Assembly: GCA_965203175.1 (NCBI GenBank)
Contig: OZ241867.1
Coordinates: forward strand, 3,360,001 to 3,424,000
Direction: 5' to 3'
Source: Candidatus Latescibacterota bacterium
Lineage (GTDB): Bacteria; Latescibacterota; UBA2968; UBA8231
Length of the DNA: 64,000 nucleotides
A model generated the notes under the pieces. That model searched no databases. It was given only the letters and a program-made list of their open reading frames with translations, and had not been told where the DNA came from. The translations under genes were made by a program, and so were the position numbers. Position 1 is the stretch's first letter, and each line of letters begins with the position of its first letter. This document shows, one piece after another, positions 17,965-26,533 of this stretch.

Positions 17965-18420
17965 TTAGCTAGGGCGAATTTTGAACAGAGCTTGGTTGTA
18001 TTCTACAGGCTGGCCATCGCCGACGAGGATCTCAACTACTTCGCCTTGGACATCTGCCGGAATCTCGTTCATGATCTTCATGGCCTCGATGATGCAGACG
18101 GTCTGGCCGCTTTCAATGCGATCCCCCTCGCTCACAAAGGGATCGGCTTCGGGCGAGGCGGCCTGGTAAAACGTACCGACCATGGGCGAGAGCACCTCGT
18201 GCAGGCCGTCGTCGGTCTTCTCGGTGGGAGCTAGCTCGGTAGTGGGCGCAGTGGGCGCTGGCGCAATGGGCATGGGTGCAGCGGGTGCCACTGGGGAGGG
18301 CGCACGACTGCGGGTCAGGCGGATACGCGTGCCGTGCCAGAAGCTGTGTTGGACCTCTATTTCTTCTAGGTCGCTATCGCGAAAAAGCTCTAGCAGTTTG
18401 CGGAGCTTGCCTTCGTTCAC
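17965..18420 (-). CDS. accB: Biotin carboxyl carrier protein
   Basis: SPMVGTFY, IIEAMKIMNEI (biotinyl Lys), Ala/Pro linker. Confidence 0.96.
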   Translation of the reverse strand: MNEGKLRKLLELFRDSDLEEIEVQHSFWHGTRIRLTRSRAPSPVAPAAPMPIAPAPTAPTTELAPTEKTDDGLHEVLSPMVGTFYQAASPEADPFVSEGDRIESGQTVCIIEAMKIMNEIPADVQGEVVEILVGDGQPVEYNQALFKIRPS

Positions 18421-18438
18421 AGGAGATGTCGTCCTTTC

Positions 18439-18996
18439 TCAAGCGCGCTCTACGTATTCGCCAGTGCGGGTATCGACCTTGAGCCGGTCGCCCTTATTGA
18501 CAAAGAGCGGCACTTGCACCACGTAGCCGGTTTCTAAGGTTGCTGGCTTGACTGCGCCGGTGGCGGTGTCGCCCTTGACGCCCGGTTCAGTGTGGGTGAC
18601 GACAAGAGAGACAAAGTTGGGTAGTTCGACAGAGACGACCTCTTCTCTCGCTACGAGGAGGAAGGCGTTCTCACTTTCTTTGAGGAGGTTGCTGGTCGCG
18701 CCGACGACCTCTGCGGACACCGGGATCTGATCGTAGGTATCCAAGTCCATGAAGTAATATAGCCCTTGGTCGGCATACAGGTATTGCATCTGGCGCTTTT
18801 CGAGCCGGATTTGCTCGACCTTGTCGCCCGAGCGGAAGGTGCGGTCGAGCACGGCACCCGTTTTGGTGTTTTTGAGCTTGGTGCGCACGAAGGCGCTGCC
18901 CTTGCCCGGTTTGACGTGCTGAAACTCGACGATGGAGAAGATCTCGCCGTCGAGGGACATGGTAAAACCGTTTCTAAAATCCGTGGTGTCTGCCAT
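18439..18996 (-). CDS. efp: Elongation factor P
   Basis: HVKPGKGSAFVRTKLKN, PGVKGDTA, VDTRTGEYVER. Confidence 0.98.
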   Translation of the reverse strand: MADTTDFRNGFTMSLDGEIFSIVEFQHVKPGKGSAFVRTKLKNTKTGAVLDRTFRSGDKVEQIRLEKRQMQYLYADQGLYYFMDLDTYDQIPVSAEVVGATSNLLKESENAFLLVAREEVVSVELPNFVSLVVTHTEPGVKGDTATGAVKPATLETGYVVQVPLFVNKGDRLKVDTRTGEYVERA

Positions 18997-19006
18997 ATTG
19001 CTCCCG

Positions 19007-19849
19007 TTAGTTCGCGTTGCTGCTTTTCTCTAGCGAAGCCAGCTTACTGCGGATGATGGTGTTGGTCGGCTCCTGTTCGAGGAGCTCGCGATAGGTTTCG
19101 ATTGCCTTCTGGGTCAAGCCCTGAGTGGTGTAGATTTCGGCCAGCGTCATGGTGGCGATGCGCTTGCTTTTTGGTGCGCTCGGCTCGCTGTCGGCCGGCG
19201 TGAGTGGTTCTGCAGGTGCGGGTACCGGTTCGGGTTCGGGCCCTTTTTCTTCTTCGATCTCCTGCAAGAGGCGGAACAATTCGCTGTCATCGGTGTCGCC
19301 GTATAGAGCGTCGCGGTCTTCGTCTTCTGACGGCTGGGGCGGTGGTAGAGCTTGGGGCTGAACGACTTTGGCCTCTAGGGTCTGCGACGCTGCGCTGGCG
19401 ACAAGCTCTTCGGGTTCGGGTTCGGGTTCGGGCGTGGGCGCGGCTTGGTGAGTTTGGCCAGCGACGCGGTCGACCCGCTCTGCTAGGGAGGCGTCGAAAG
19501 GGTCGAGGTACGCGGCTTGGCGCAGGCTTTGCAAGACCAGTGACGTGACGCCGAGCTGCTCAAAGAGGTGGGCGAGGCGCTTGTACCCGCTGGGGTTTTC
19601 CGGGTCGAGCCGCAGGGCTTGCCCCATGGCCTCGCGCGCTTCTTCCAAGTCACCCCGTTTCTCATAGCACTTGCTGAGGACGATAAAGCCGGTAGCGTAG
19701 TCGGGAAAACTCGCACAGCCCTTTTGGCAAAGCTCGAGGGCGCGCTCGGTGCGCCCGCGCTTGAGATAGCGGTCAGCGAGGCGAGCGAAGTGCGGGGAAT
19801 CCGGATCGCGTCGGAATGCTTTTTCCAGTTTGGTTATGGAGTTGGCCAT
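19007..19849 (-). CDS. TPR-containing protein with acidic/Pro linker
   Basis: N-terminal TPRs (FARLADRY...), C-terminal TMTLAEIYTTQGL TPR. Confidence 0.8.
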   Translation of the reverse strand: MANSITKLEKAFRRDPDSPHFARLADRYLKRGRTERALELCQKGCASFPDYATGFIVLSKCYEKRGDLEEAREAMGQALRLDPENPSGYKRLAHLFEQLGVTSLVLQSLRQAAYLDPFDASLAERVDRVAGQTHQAAPTPEPEPEPEELVASAASQTLEAKVVQPQALPPPQPSEDEDRDALYGDTDDSELFRLLQEIEEEKGPEPEPVPAPAEPLTPADSEPSAPKSKRIATMTLAEIYTTQGLTQKAIETYRELLEQEPTNTIIRSKLASLEKSSNAN

Positions 19850-20003
19850 GGCGATAGGGATGGGAGGTGCTAAGGCGGCTGAAACGCGAGGCTATTTTAT
19901 GCTTTGAACTGCGAAATGTCAAGGATAGGGCAGGACGATGAGAAGGCGCGAATTGGCGGCCAAAGGGAGTGCGGAAACGGCGTCCGCAATCTCTCGGCAA
20001 AGA

Positions 20004-20044
20004 TGGTGCGCCCGCAGGGGCTTGAACCCTGGACCTGCTGATTA
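20004..20044 (-). other. att site: 41-bp 3' fragment of tRNA-Lys
   Basis: TGGTGCGCCCGCAGGGGCTTGAACCCTGGACCTGCTGATTA, 2 mismatches to 26235-26275; CCA end and T-arm only. Confidence 0.88.
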
Positions 20045-20208
20045 TACATCACATCGTCTGGGAGGGACGTTCCGATGCCGGCCGCAAGCTCAACTGCGGC
20101 ATGTAGTTCTATGCGTTGAAAACTGGCGCGGCGGCGTGGCGCAAGGCGATATTAATTAAGTGAGCCGGAGCGTTTGGCCGGGACTTTCCAATCGTCGGAA
20201 GGACGAAT

Positions 20209-23200
20209 ATGAGCGACATATCCTTTGAGCACGTGTTGAGCAGCCAATACACGGTTTTTGATGGGTTGGCCGGGATGCACGTGGAAGACATCTACCAAGA
20301 CCGCCAAGGCTTTCTCTGGATCGCCACGGCCGACGGCGGCGTCAGCCGGTTCGACAGCGCTCGGTTTGATACGTTTGGCCTCAAGGACGGTCTGCCCAAT
20401 CTGACAGTCATGGCCATTGCCGAGGACGCGGATGGGCGACTGTTGTTCGGCACGTTCGGCGGAGGACTTGCCGCGTACGACGGACGCGGTTTTCAGGTGT
20501 ACACTACTGAGCACGGCCTGCCTTCCAACGAGATTTTGGGTCTGCAAGCCCAACCCGATGGCTCGATTCTGGTGCTGACGGGCGCGGGTGTGGCTTGGTT
20601 TGTCGAGGGGCACTTTATAAAGTGCATAACCGAAGTTGGCGGCCAACCGTTGGAGTGGGTGTACGATATGGCCACTGACGCGGGAGGCACTACTTGGTTT
20701 GCGACGTGGGGAGGCGCCCTCAGTTTGGATGGACAGCACATGGGTATCGGCGACCGGGCGACCCAATGGCCTTGGAAGTTCGCCCAAGATCCCTCCGGGC
20801 ATCTGTGGATTAGTCTCCATTACACGGGTACCGAAGTCTTGATCGGCCGCTACGATCCACGGGACCAACATCTTGAGTTTATTAACGTGGGCAAGGGCGA
20901 TGAGGGGATGGTACAGCACGGGACGCGGCACGTGCGGGCTGACGAGAGGGGCTGGCTCTGGTTGACCCACCGAGGCGTGATGGTACACGACGGGCAGGAG
21001 TGGTATCCTTTTTCTGCTTCCTTGCCAGATATTGACTTTTCGGCTACGCGGCTGACATACGAGGACCGCGAGGGCAATATCTGGATCGGGCTTTGGGGCG
21101 GAGGGCTGATTTTTTGCGATCCAGCTAGTATCCGGCGCTACACGGAAGCCGACGGCCTACCGGACCGCGAGATTCGCCACTTAGGCGAAGACCATGAGGG
21201 TCGAATGTGGATTGGTACGATGGGGGGTATGGCCTGCATGGAAGAGGGGCAAATCTGCCCGGTCGAGACGGGGGAGATCGTCTCGGCGATAGTGGTGGAT
21301 GGCCAGGGGCAGGTCTGGAGTGGTGGGAGTGCGGGCAAGGTGTACAAGTGGGAAGGCCAAACGCCACAAGCGATCACAGTGGTCGCAGATCCCCATCCCG
21401 AAGAAATCGCTGGGCTATGTGAAGATGGGCAAGGGCGTATCTGGGTCGGCACGTCCGAGGGCCGCGTTGGCTGGATAGAGAAAAATCGCTTTATCCATCT
21501 TGATGAATGCAGCACCGCGCTGCAAGACCAAGGCGGGGTATTCTGGGTCGGAACGCTGCTGCGAGACCGAGACGGAGTATTGTGGCTCGGTTCAGTTGGA
21601 TTAGTACCAGCACTCTACTGTTACGAGGATGGGCACTTGCGTCCAGCGGATATGGCCGAAGCGGAGTCCATCTCTTACGTCAACGTCTTGTGGGAGCACC
21701 AAAACCTCCTGTGGGTGGGCACGGCCAAGGGGCTTTTCACCCTTGATCTTTCGTCGCGAGAGGTGCGCCGGTTTACCGCCGAGCAGTTTGGGTTGTCGGC
21801 CAATGGCATCTTGGCGCTGGCGGCCGATTCGCAGGGCAATATCTGGATGGGCACCAGTGGCGGCGGCGTCCTTCGCTACGACGGCGAGACCTTCCAGAGC
21901 ATTCGCTTGGGGCCATCTGCCCTCGAAAACATGGTCGAAGCCGTCCTGTGCGACCATCGCGGTCGGCTGTGGTTTGGCACGCGGGCGGGGCTGGTTGCCT
22001 ACCAGCCGGGACACACCCCGCCGCGCTTGGTCATCCGCGAGGTCATGGCCGGTACGCTCTTGACCGCGCCCGAAGCTGTATCCTGCCCAGAAAGCACCCC
22101 GGAAATCCGCATTCACTTTCAAGGCATCAGCTTCCGCACCGGTGCGGGACAGATGCGCTACAACCACCGGCTGTTAGGCCACGGTCCGGCGGAACAATGG
22201 AGTGCGTTTGCGGTCGCCGATGAGGTCGTGTATAGCGCCCTGCCGGTGGGCGAGTATTGCTTTGAGGTGCGGACGATGGACCGCGATGGTTTGCTGTCCG
22301 AGGTGACTAGCGTGGAGATTCAGATCCTCCCCGACGCCAAAACCGAACGCATCCACGCCCTTGAAAGCGTATTGCGAGCTACCGACCACGTCGTACATAG
22401 TCAGAGTTGGGCGATGCGCCAAGTGATGGAGCAGACCGTGCGGGTTGCTGAGACGGCAATGACCGTGCTGGTGTTAGGCGAGACTGGCACGGGCAAGGGC
22501 TTGCTCGCGCAGACCATCCACGAAACAAGCACTCGCCGCAAGCGGCCTTTTATTCGCGTCAATTGTGGGGCGCTGCCGGCCGGGTTGGTTGAAAGCGAGT
22601 TGTTTGGCCACGAGAAGGGGGCTTTTACCGGAGCCGCTAGCCGTCAGCTTGGGCGCTTTGAACTGGCCGATGGCGGCACCCTCTTTCTCGACGAAATCGG
22701 CGATTTGCCGTTGGAGTCTCAGCGGGTGCTGCTGCACATCTTAGAGGAGAATGCGCTGACCCGGGTTGGCGGCCAGCAGCCTGTGAGCGTGGATGTGCGG
22801 GTCATTGCGGCGACCAACCGCGACTTGCGGCAGGCCATCCAGGAAGGCACGTTCCGCGAAGACCTGTTCTACCGCTTGAGCGTCTTTACCTTAGAGCTTC
22901 CGCCGCTACGGCAGCGGCAAGAGGATATCCCGGCTTTGGCAGTGCATTTTGCAGAGCGGTATGCCCAGCACCTGCGGCGTCCAGTGCCGAGGATAGACGA
23001 CGGGGTGGTCGCGCACTTGCAGGGGTATGCTTGGCCGGGGAATGTGCGCGAGCTGGAGCATCTGATCCAACGTGCGGTCTTGCTGTGCAAGGACGGTGTC
23101 ATTCGGGTGGATGATTTGCCGTTCCTGACGGTTGGACAACGAGCCGGGGACACGGACGCAAGGAAGTCGTTTTCGCCGCTTGCCCAGCCCGCCGAAGGGG

Positions 23201-23364
23201 AGGAAGAAAAGCAACAACTCCTAGCAGCACTCCAAGCCGCCAACTGGATTATCTATGGCGATTGGGGGGCGGCCCGGCTGCTGGGCATGAACCCGGAACG
23301 GTTGCGCTCGCGGATGCGCAAGTACGGCCTGCGGAAACCGAAAAAGCCTGGCGCGGGGGCGTAG
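20209..23364 (+). CDS. Sigma54-dependent activator with N-terminal two-component-regulator beta-propeller and YYY domains
   Basis: Many EDxxGxLW(F/I)GT propeller blades, YYY-like domain (GISFR...YNHRL...LPVGEYCFEVR), AAA+ GETGTGKG, ESELFGHEKGAFTGA, LFLDEIGD, WPGNVREL, C-terminal Fis-type HTH. Confidence 0.93.
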   Translation: MSDISFEHVLSSQYTVFDGLAGMHVEDIYQDRQGFLWIATADGGVSRFDSARFDTFGLKDGLPNLTVMAIAEDADGRLLFGTFGGGLAAYDGRGFQVYTTEHGLPSNEILGLQAQPDGSILVLTGAGVAWFVEGHFIKCITEVGGQPLEWVYDMATDAGGTTWFATWGGALSLDGQHMGIGDRATQWPWKFAQDPSGHLWISLHYTGTEVLIGRYDPRDQHLEFINVGKGDEGMVQHGTRHVRADERGWLWLTHRGVMVHDGQEWYPFSASLPDIDFSATRLTYEDREGNIWIGLWGGGLIFCDPASIRRYTEADGLPDREIRHLGEDHEGRMWIGTMGGMACMEEGQICPVETGEIVSAIVVDGQGQVWSGGSAGKVYKWEGQTPQAITVVADPHPEEIAGLCEDGQGRIWVGTSEGRVGWIEKNRFIHLDECSTALQDQGGVFWVGTLLRDRDGVLWLGSVGLVPALYCYEDGHLRPADMAEAESISYVNVLWEHQNLLWVGTAKGLFTLDLSSREVRRFTAEQFGLSANGILALAADSQGNIWMGTSGGGVLRYDGETFQSIRLGPSALENMVEAVLCDHRGRLWFGTRAGLVAYQPGHTPPRLVIREVMAGTLLTAPEAVSCPESTPEIRIHFQGISFRTGAGQMRYNHRLLGHGPAEQWSAFAVADEVVYSALPVGEYCFEVRTMDRDGLLSEVTSVEIQILPDAKTERIHALESVLRATDHVVHSQSWAMRQVMEQTVRVAETAMTVLVLGETGTGKGLLAQTIHETSTRRKRPFIRVNCGALPAGLVESELFGHEKGAFTGAASRQLGRFELADGGTLFLDEIGDLPLESQRVLLHILEENALTRVGGQQPVSVDVRVIAATNRDLRQAIQEGTFREDLFYRLSVFTLELPPLRQRQEDIPALAVHFAERYAQHLRRPVPRIDDGVVAHLQGYAWPGNVRELEHLIQRAVLLCKDGVIRVDDLPFLTVGQRAGDTDARKSFSPLAQPAEGEEEKQQLLAALQAANWIIYGDWGAARLLGMNPERLRSRMRKYGLRKPKKPGAGA

Positions 23365-23469
23365 AGCGCATATCCGACCGAGATTGAGCGCGATTCTAAT
23401 TCAAAAACAAAATCAAATTTGTAAGGCTTACGGCTTCCTGTCGCCGGGGATACAGGCTGGCCTAGGTCT

Positions 23470-23525
23470 ATACGGAATCTCGTATAATTCATACGGAATC
23501 TCGTATAATTCATACGGAATCTCGT
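23470..23525. promoter_or_regulatory. Three phased 21-bp direct repeats with palindromic core (putative activator binding sites)
   Basis: ATACGGAATCTCGTATAATTC x2.7; core ATACG-N6-CGTAT; about 125-180 bp upstream of a sigma54 promoter. Confidence 0.75.
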
Positions 23526-23647
23526 GTATTACTTTGTGCCGATGGCGGAGTCAGGCATCATATAAAGCCCTGTCCCATTATTTAAGTGTCATGTTTTTCA
23601 ATCCTTTAGGGTGTCCTAAAGGATTTTTTTGTCGGTGGCCCAATCTT

Positions 23648-23662
23648 TGGCACAGAATGTGC
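23648..23662 (+). promoter_or_regulatory. Sigma54 (-24/-12) promoter
   Basis: TGGCACAGAATGTGC with GG-N10-GC spacing, 56 bp before ATG 23719. Confidence 0.75.
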
Positions 23663-23718
23663 GTATATCTTCGCAGCTACGCACCGCATGATCCTCCTCA
23701 AACCTTGGAGAAAATCTG

Positions 23719-25734
23719 ATGAACGTATATGTCGCAGCCATAGTGGCCTTGATCGTCCCCTTGAGCTTATGTCTAGCCCCAGCAAGCGCCCAAAGTCAGT
23801 CCCACGCCGTGATCATCACTGGCGAGGTCCACAACTCTCCGTCGCGGGAAATCGAGTTCCGCCACGAGCCGCTACTTGTTCCCGGGCCTTCCGAACACCA
23901 CATCGTCTTGGACGAGCAAAACCGCTTTGCACTTCTCTTGAATATTCCCAAAGGGATTTTTGTCACCGGGCATTACAAAGATGAGCACAGCATCCCTTTC
24001 TTTGTCGAACCCGGCGATAGCCTGCACGCGGTCGTAACCTTCGCCGAGGTGACGGAGGCCGACTCTGCGGCAGCGGTGGAATCCGATCATTCGCACAGTG
24101 CAGTTTCCTCTTACTCCCTGACTTTTAGCGGCCGGGGAGCGGAAAATAATCACTTCTTAGCCGAGTTCTGGCCTCAACATAGTGCCTTTGAACCAGACTA
24201 TGCGCTGGAGCCCGAGGAGTTTGCACGCCAAGTCAAACAGCGGCGTCAGGATGAATTTGCCTTGCTAGCCGAGGGACGCGAGGAATACGCACTTTCTCCG
24301 GGGTTCATCGACTGTATGACGGTCTTTTTCAACTACAAGTGGGCCGAGCAGATGACTGCCTATCCACTGCTTTCGTTTAGAAACGGCGTCCTAGGGCGCT
24401 CGGCCTCTGCCGACCCAGACAGAAGAAGAGCGGTTCCCCCGGACTACTACGACTCCCTACAAGAAATTCCCTTGATAGATGAGAAAGCTATCGGCGTGGG
24501 GGAATATCGCCGATTTCTGGTGAATACCCTAGCGTTGGAAGCGAAGTCGGATGGGCTATATAGACTTTCCGATAGCTACAAGCTGTCTGGGTTGGGTCTG
24601 TCGGAGTCCATCCGTACCCGACTCGACTCTATGTACGACGCGAACATAAATCCCAGATTATCGCAGATGATCGCTCTGTCGGGTTTGGGTCTGTCGGAGT
24701 CCGCCCAAGCCCAACTTGACTCCATGTACGAAGATCCCAAAAAGGCCAGCGCGTCCGAAAAGGCTGCTTGGTTGGGGTTGGAGTTATCACCCGCCGCCCT
24801 AGCTGAACTCGACGCTTATGAGGAGTATAGTATGTTGCTCGGTGATACCACGAAGACCGATACGACGGGCGGGATTTTGACCTTCCATATGCCCATGGCA
24901 AAAATCAACGAGTGGTTTACCTACTTACACAATCGCCCGCTATCGACAAAGGTTGACTTATCGAGTTTGGAGTTATCACCTGCAGCCCAAGCCCAACTCG
25001 ACTCCATGTACCAAAACCGCAAACCACTCAAGCTAGACTTAGCGGCCTTGGAATTATCGCCAGCCACCCAAGCCCAACTCGACTCCATCATTGCTGGACC
25101 GAGTTTTCCTATCTCCCCTGGGGCTGCAGAACGATATGACCTCGCCAAACAAAAACTGCAAGGGCAAGTACTCTACTGGTTTCTGGCCGGAGAGTTGAGG
25201 ATTGGAATTAAGTTTGGCCTTGAAGCCTATGTGGATGCTCGCTGGCAATCCTTTGAACAGAGCAATCCCTTCCCCGAATACACCGAGGCCCTCCAAGCGG
25301 AAATGAACAAGACCCTAGTCCTACAACCCGGGCAACCTGCTCCCGATTTCACTCTCCATGACCCCGACGGCCAACCCGTATCGCTGAGCCAATTCAAGGG
25401 CAAAGTGGTCTTGATGGATTTTTGGGCGAGTTGGTGCGGACCGTGCATCGGCGATTTGGAGATTCTCCGCAAGATCAAGGAACAAGTGGCCGATCAGCCG
25501 GTCGTCTTCCTCAACGTCTCATTGGACGCGAATGAAGGAGCTTGGAAGAGGGCTATTGCCAAACACCAGATCCAAGGCGTCCACGTGCGCTCGGACGGCC
25601 AAGTAACGCAAGCCTATAATGTGTTCGGCATCCCTCGGTATTATCTCGTGGATCCCCAAGGGCTGATTGTGGAGGATCGTTTGGGGGTATCGGACATTGA
25701 TGAGGTTGTGGCGAAAATCGAGAAAAGTCTGTGA
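23719..25734 (+). CDS. Exported TlpA/ResA-like redoxin with long repeat-containing N-terminal region
   Basis: Signal peptide; C-terminal PGQPAPDF...KGKVVLMDFWASWCGPC thioredoxin fold; internal LxLSxxAQAQLDSMY repeats. Confidence 0.88.
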   Translation: MNVYVAAIVALIVPLSLCLAPASAQSQSHAVIITGEVHNSPSREIEFRHEPLLVPGPSEHHIVLDEQNRFALLLNIPKGIFVTGHYKDEHSIPFFVEPGDSLHAVVTFAEVTEADSAAAVESDHSHSAVSSYSLTFSGRGAENNHFLAEFWPQHSAFEPDYALEPEEFARQVKQRRQDEFALLAEGREEYALSPGFIDCMTVFFNYKWAEQMTAYPLLSFRNGVLGRSASADPDRRRAVPPDYYDSLQEIPLIDEKAIGVGEYRRFLVNTLALEAKSDGLYRLSDSYKLSGLGLSESIRTRLDSMYDANINPRLSQMIALSGLGLSESAQAQLDSMYEDPKKASASEKAAWLGLELSPAALAELDAYEEYSMLLGDTTKTDTTGGILTFHMPMAKINEWFTYLHNRPLSTKVDLSSLELSPAAQAQLDSMYQNRKPLKLDLAALELSPATQAQLDSIIAGPSFPISPGAAERYDLAKQKLQGQVLYWFLAGELRIGIKFGLEAYVDARWQSFEQSNPFPEYTEALQAEMNKTLVLQPGQPAPDFTLHDPDGQPVSLSQFKGKVVLMDFWASWCGPCIGDLEILRKIKEQVADQPVVFLNVSLDANEGAWKRAIAKHQIQGVHVRSDGQVTQAYNVFGIPRYYLVDPQGLIVEDRLGVSDIDEVVAKIEKSL

Positions 25735-25770
25735 GGGAGACACCCGGCCCTAAGGTTAGTCTATATCAGC

Positions 25771-26064
25771 ATGGTGCGCATCAACACATTGAATCGCTGC
25801 GGCCGGACCTTAACCATCGAACTCATGGGATATATCAATAAGACGGAGTTCGACATCTTGTATGAGTGCCTACAATCGCATGTCGAGGAGGGGGTGACGG
25901 AGGTCTGCATCGTGGCCGACGAAGTGCGGAGCCTCAATCCATTGCTTGGACGAGACGCGACCCGTTTGGGACAACTGGTCCCAACGTTGCGCTTCCAGCA
26001 ACTGGCTCCTTCCATACAGAGCACGTTAAAAAGCTGGGGTTTGGAGACGTGGATAGATGATTGA
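25771..26064 (+). CDS. Small STAS-like protein
   Basis: 97 aa; TIELMGYIN...VCIVADEVRSL...IQSTLKSWGL fits the STAS pattern; followed directly by a terminator. Confidence 0.5.
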   Translation: MVRINTLNRCGRTLTIELMGYINKTEFDILYECLQSHVEEGVTEVCIVADEVRSLNPLLGRDATRLGQLVPTLRFQQLAPSIQSTLKSWGLETWIDD

Positions 26065-26102
26065 AAAACCCCCGTGCCGAGGATTTGGCACGGGGGTTTT
26101 TC
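26063..26102. terminator. Bidirectional rho-independent terminator
   Basis: GAAAAACCCCCGTGCC-N8-GGCACGGGGGTTTTTC perfect 16-bp inverted repeat. Confidence 0.88.
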
Positions 26103-26234
26103 GGTTCTCTCAGGTTTCAAAGAGGCTCACGACCGAATAGCGACAACGACTTGAACCGTGTTGGCTGGTGAGATAGTGGTGACACAGCCTTTTCGCCGCT
26201 ATCACATGTTTTTCATAACCTCTTGTTTTTTTAT

Positions 26235-26297
26235 TGGTGCGCCCGCAGGGGCTCGAACCCTGGACCCGCTGATTAAGAGTCAGCTACTCTGCCAATT
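26235..26297 (-). other. att site: 63-bp 3' fragment of tRNA-Lys(CTT), 5' end missing
   Basis: Minus strand AATTGGCAGAGTAGCTGACTCTTAATCAGCGGGTCCAGGGTTCGAGCCCCTGCGGGCGCACCA; the 5' acceptor strand GCGCCCG is absent; next to an integrase. Confidence 0.88.
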
Positions 26298-26533
26298 TTC
26301 CCGCCTTAATCATCTTTAATCCAATTTAGTAAATCCTTTAAAAATTAGGAATTTACAGTTTCATAATTTTAATTTGCGTTAATTGGATTTATGCCATATT
26401 TTGTCTTTTGGGGAACAAATTGGTAACAAAAAAATTATGATTCCTCTCTTTAAACACCGCCAAAAAATCAAAATTTGGTAATAAAAACAGGCCGAAAAAA
26501 TACCTTCATACACCCTTCAAGAAAGGACTTACC

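Noticed and set aside
23470-23525. Possible CRISPR array
   Set aside because: Repeats are contiguous with no spacers and there are no cas genes; the same applies to 43815-43880 and 10728-10808
26235-26310. Intact tRNA-Lys gene
   Set aside because: The 5' acceptor strand and first D-stem strand are missing; treated as an att fragment
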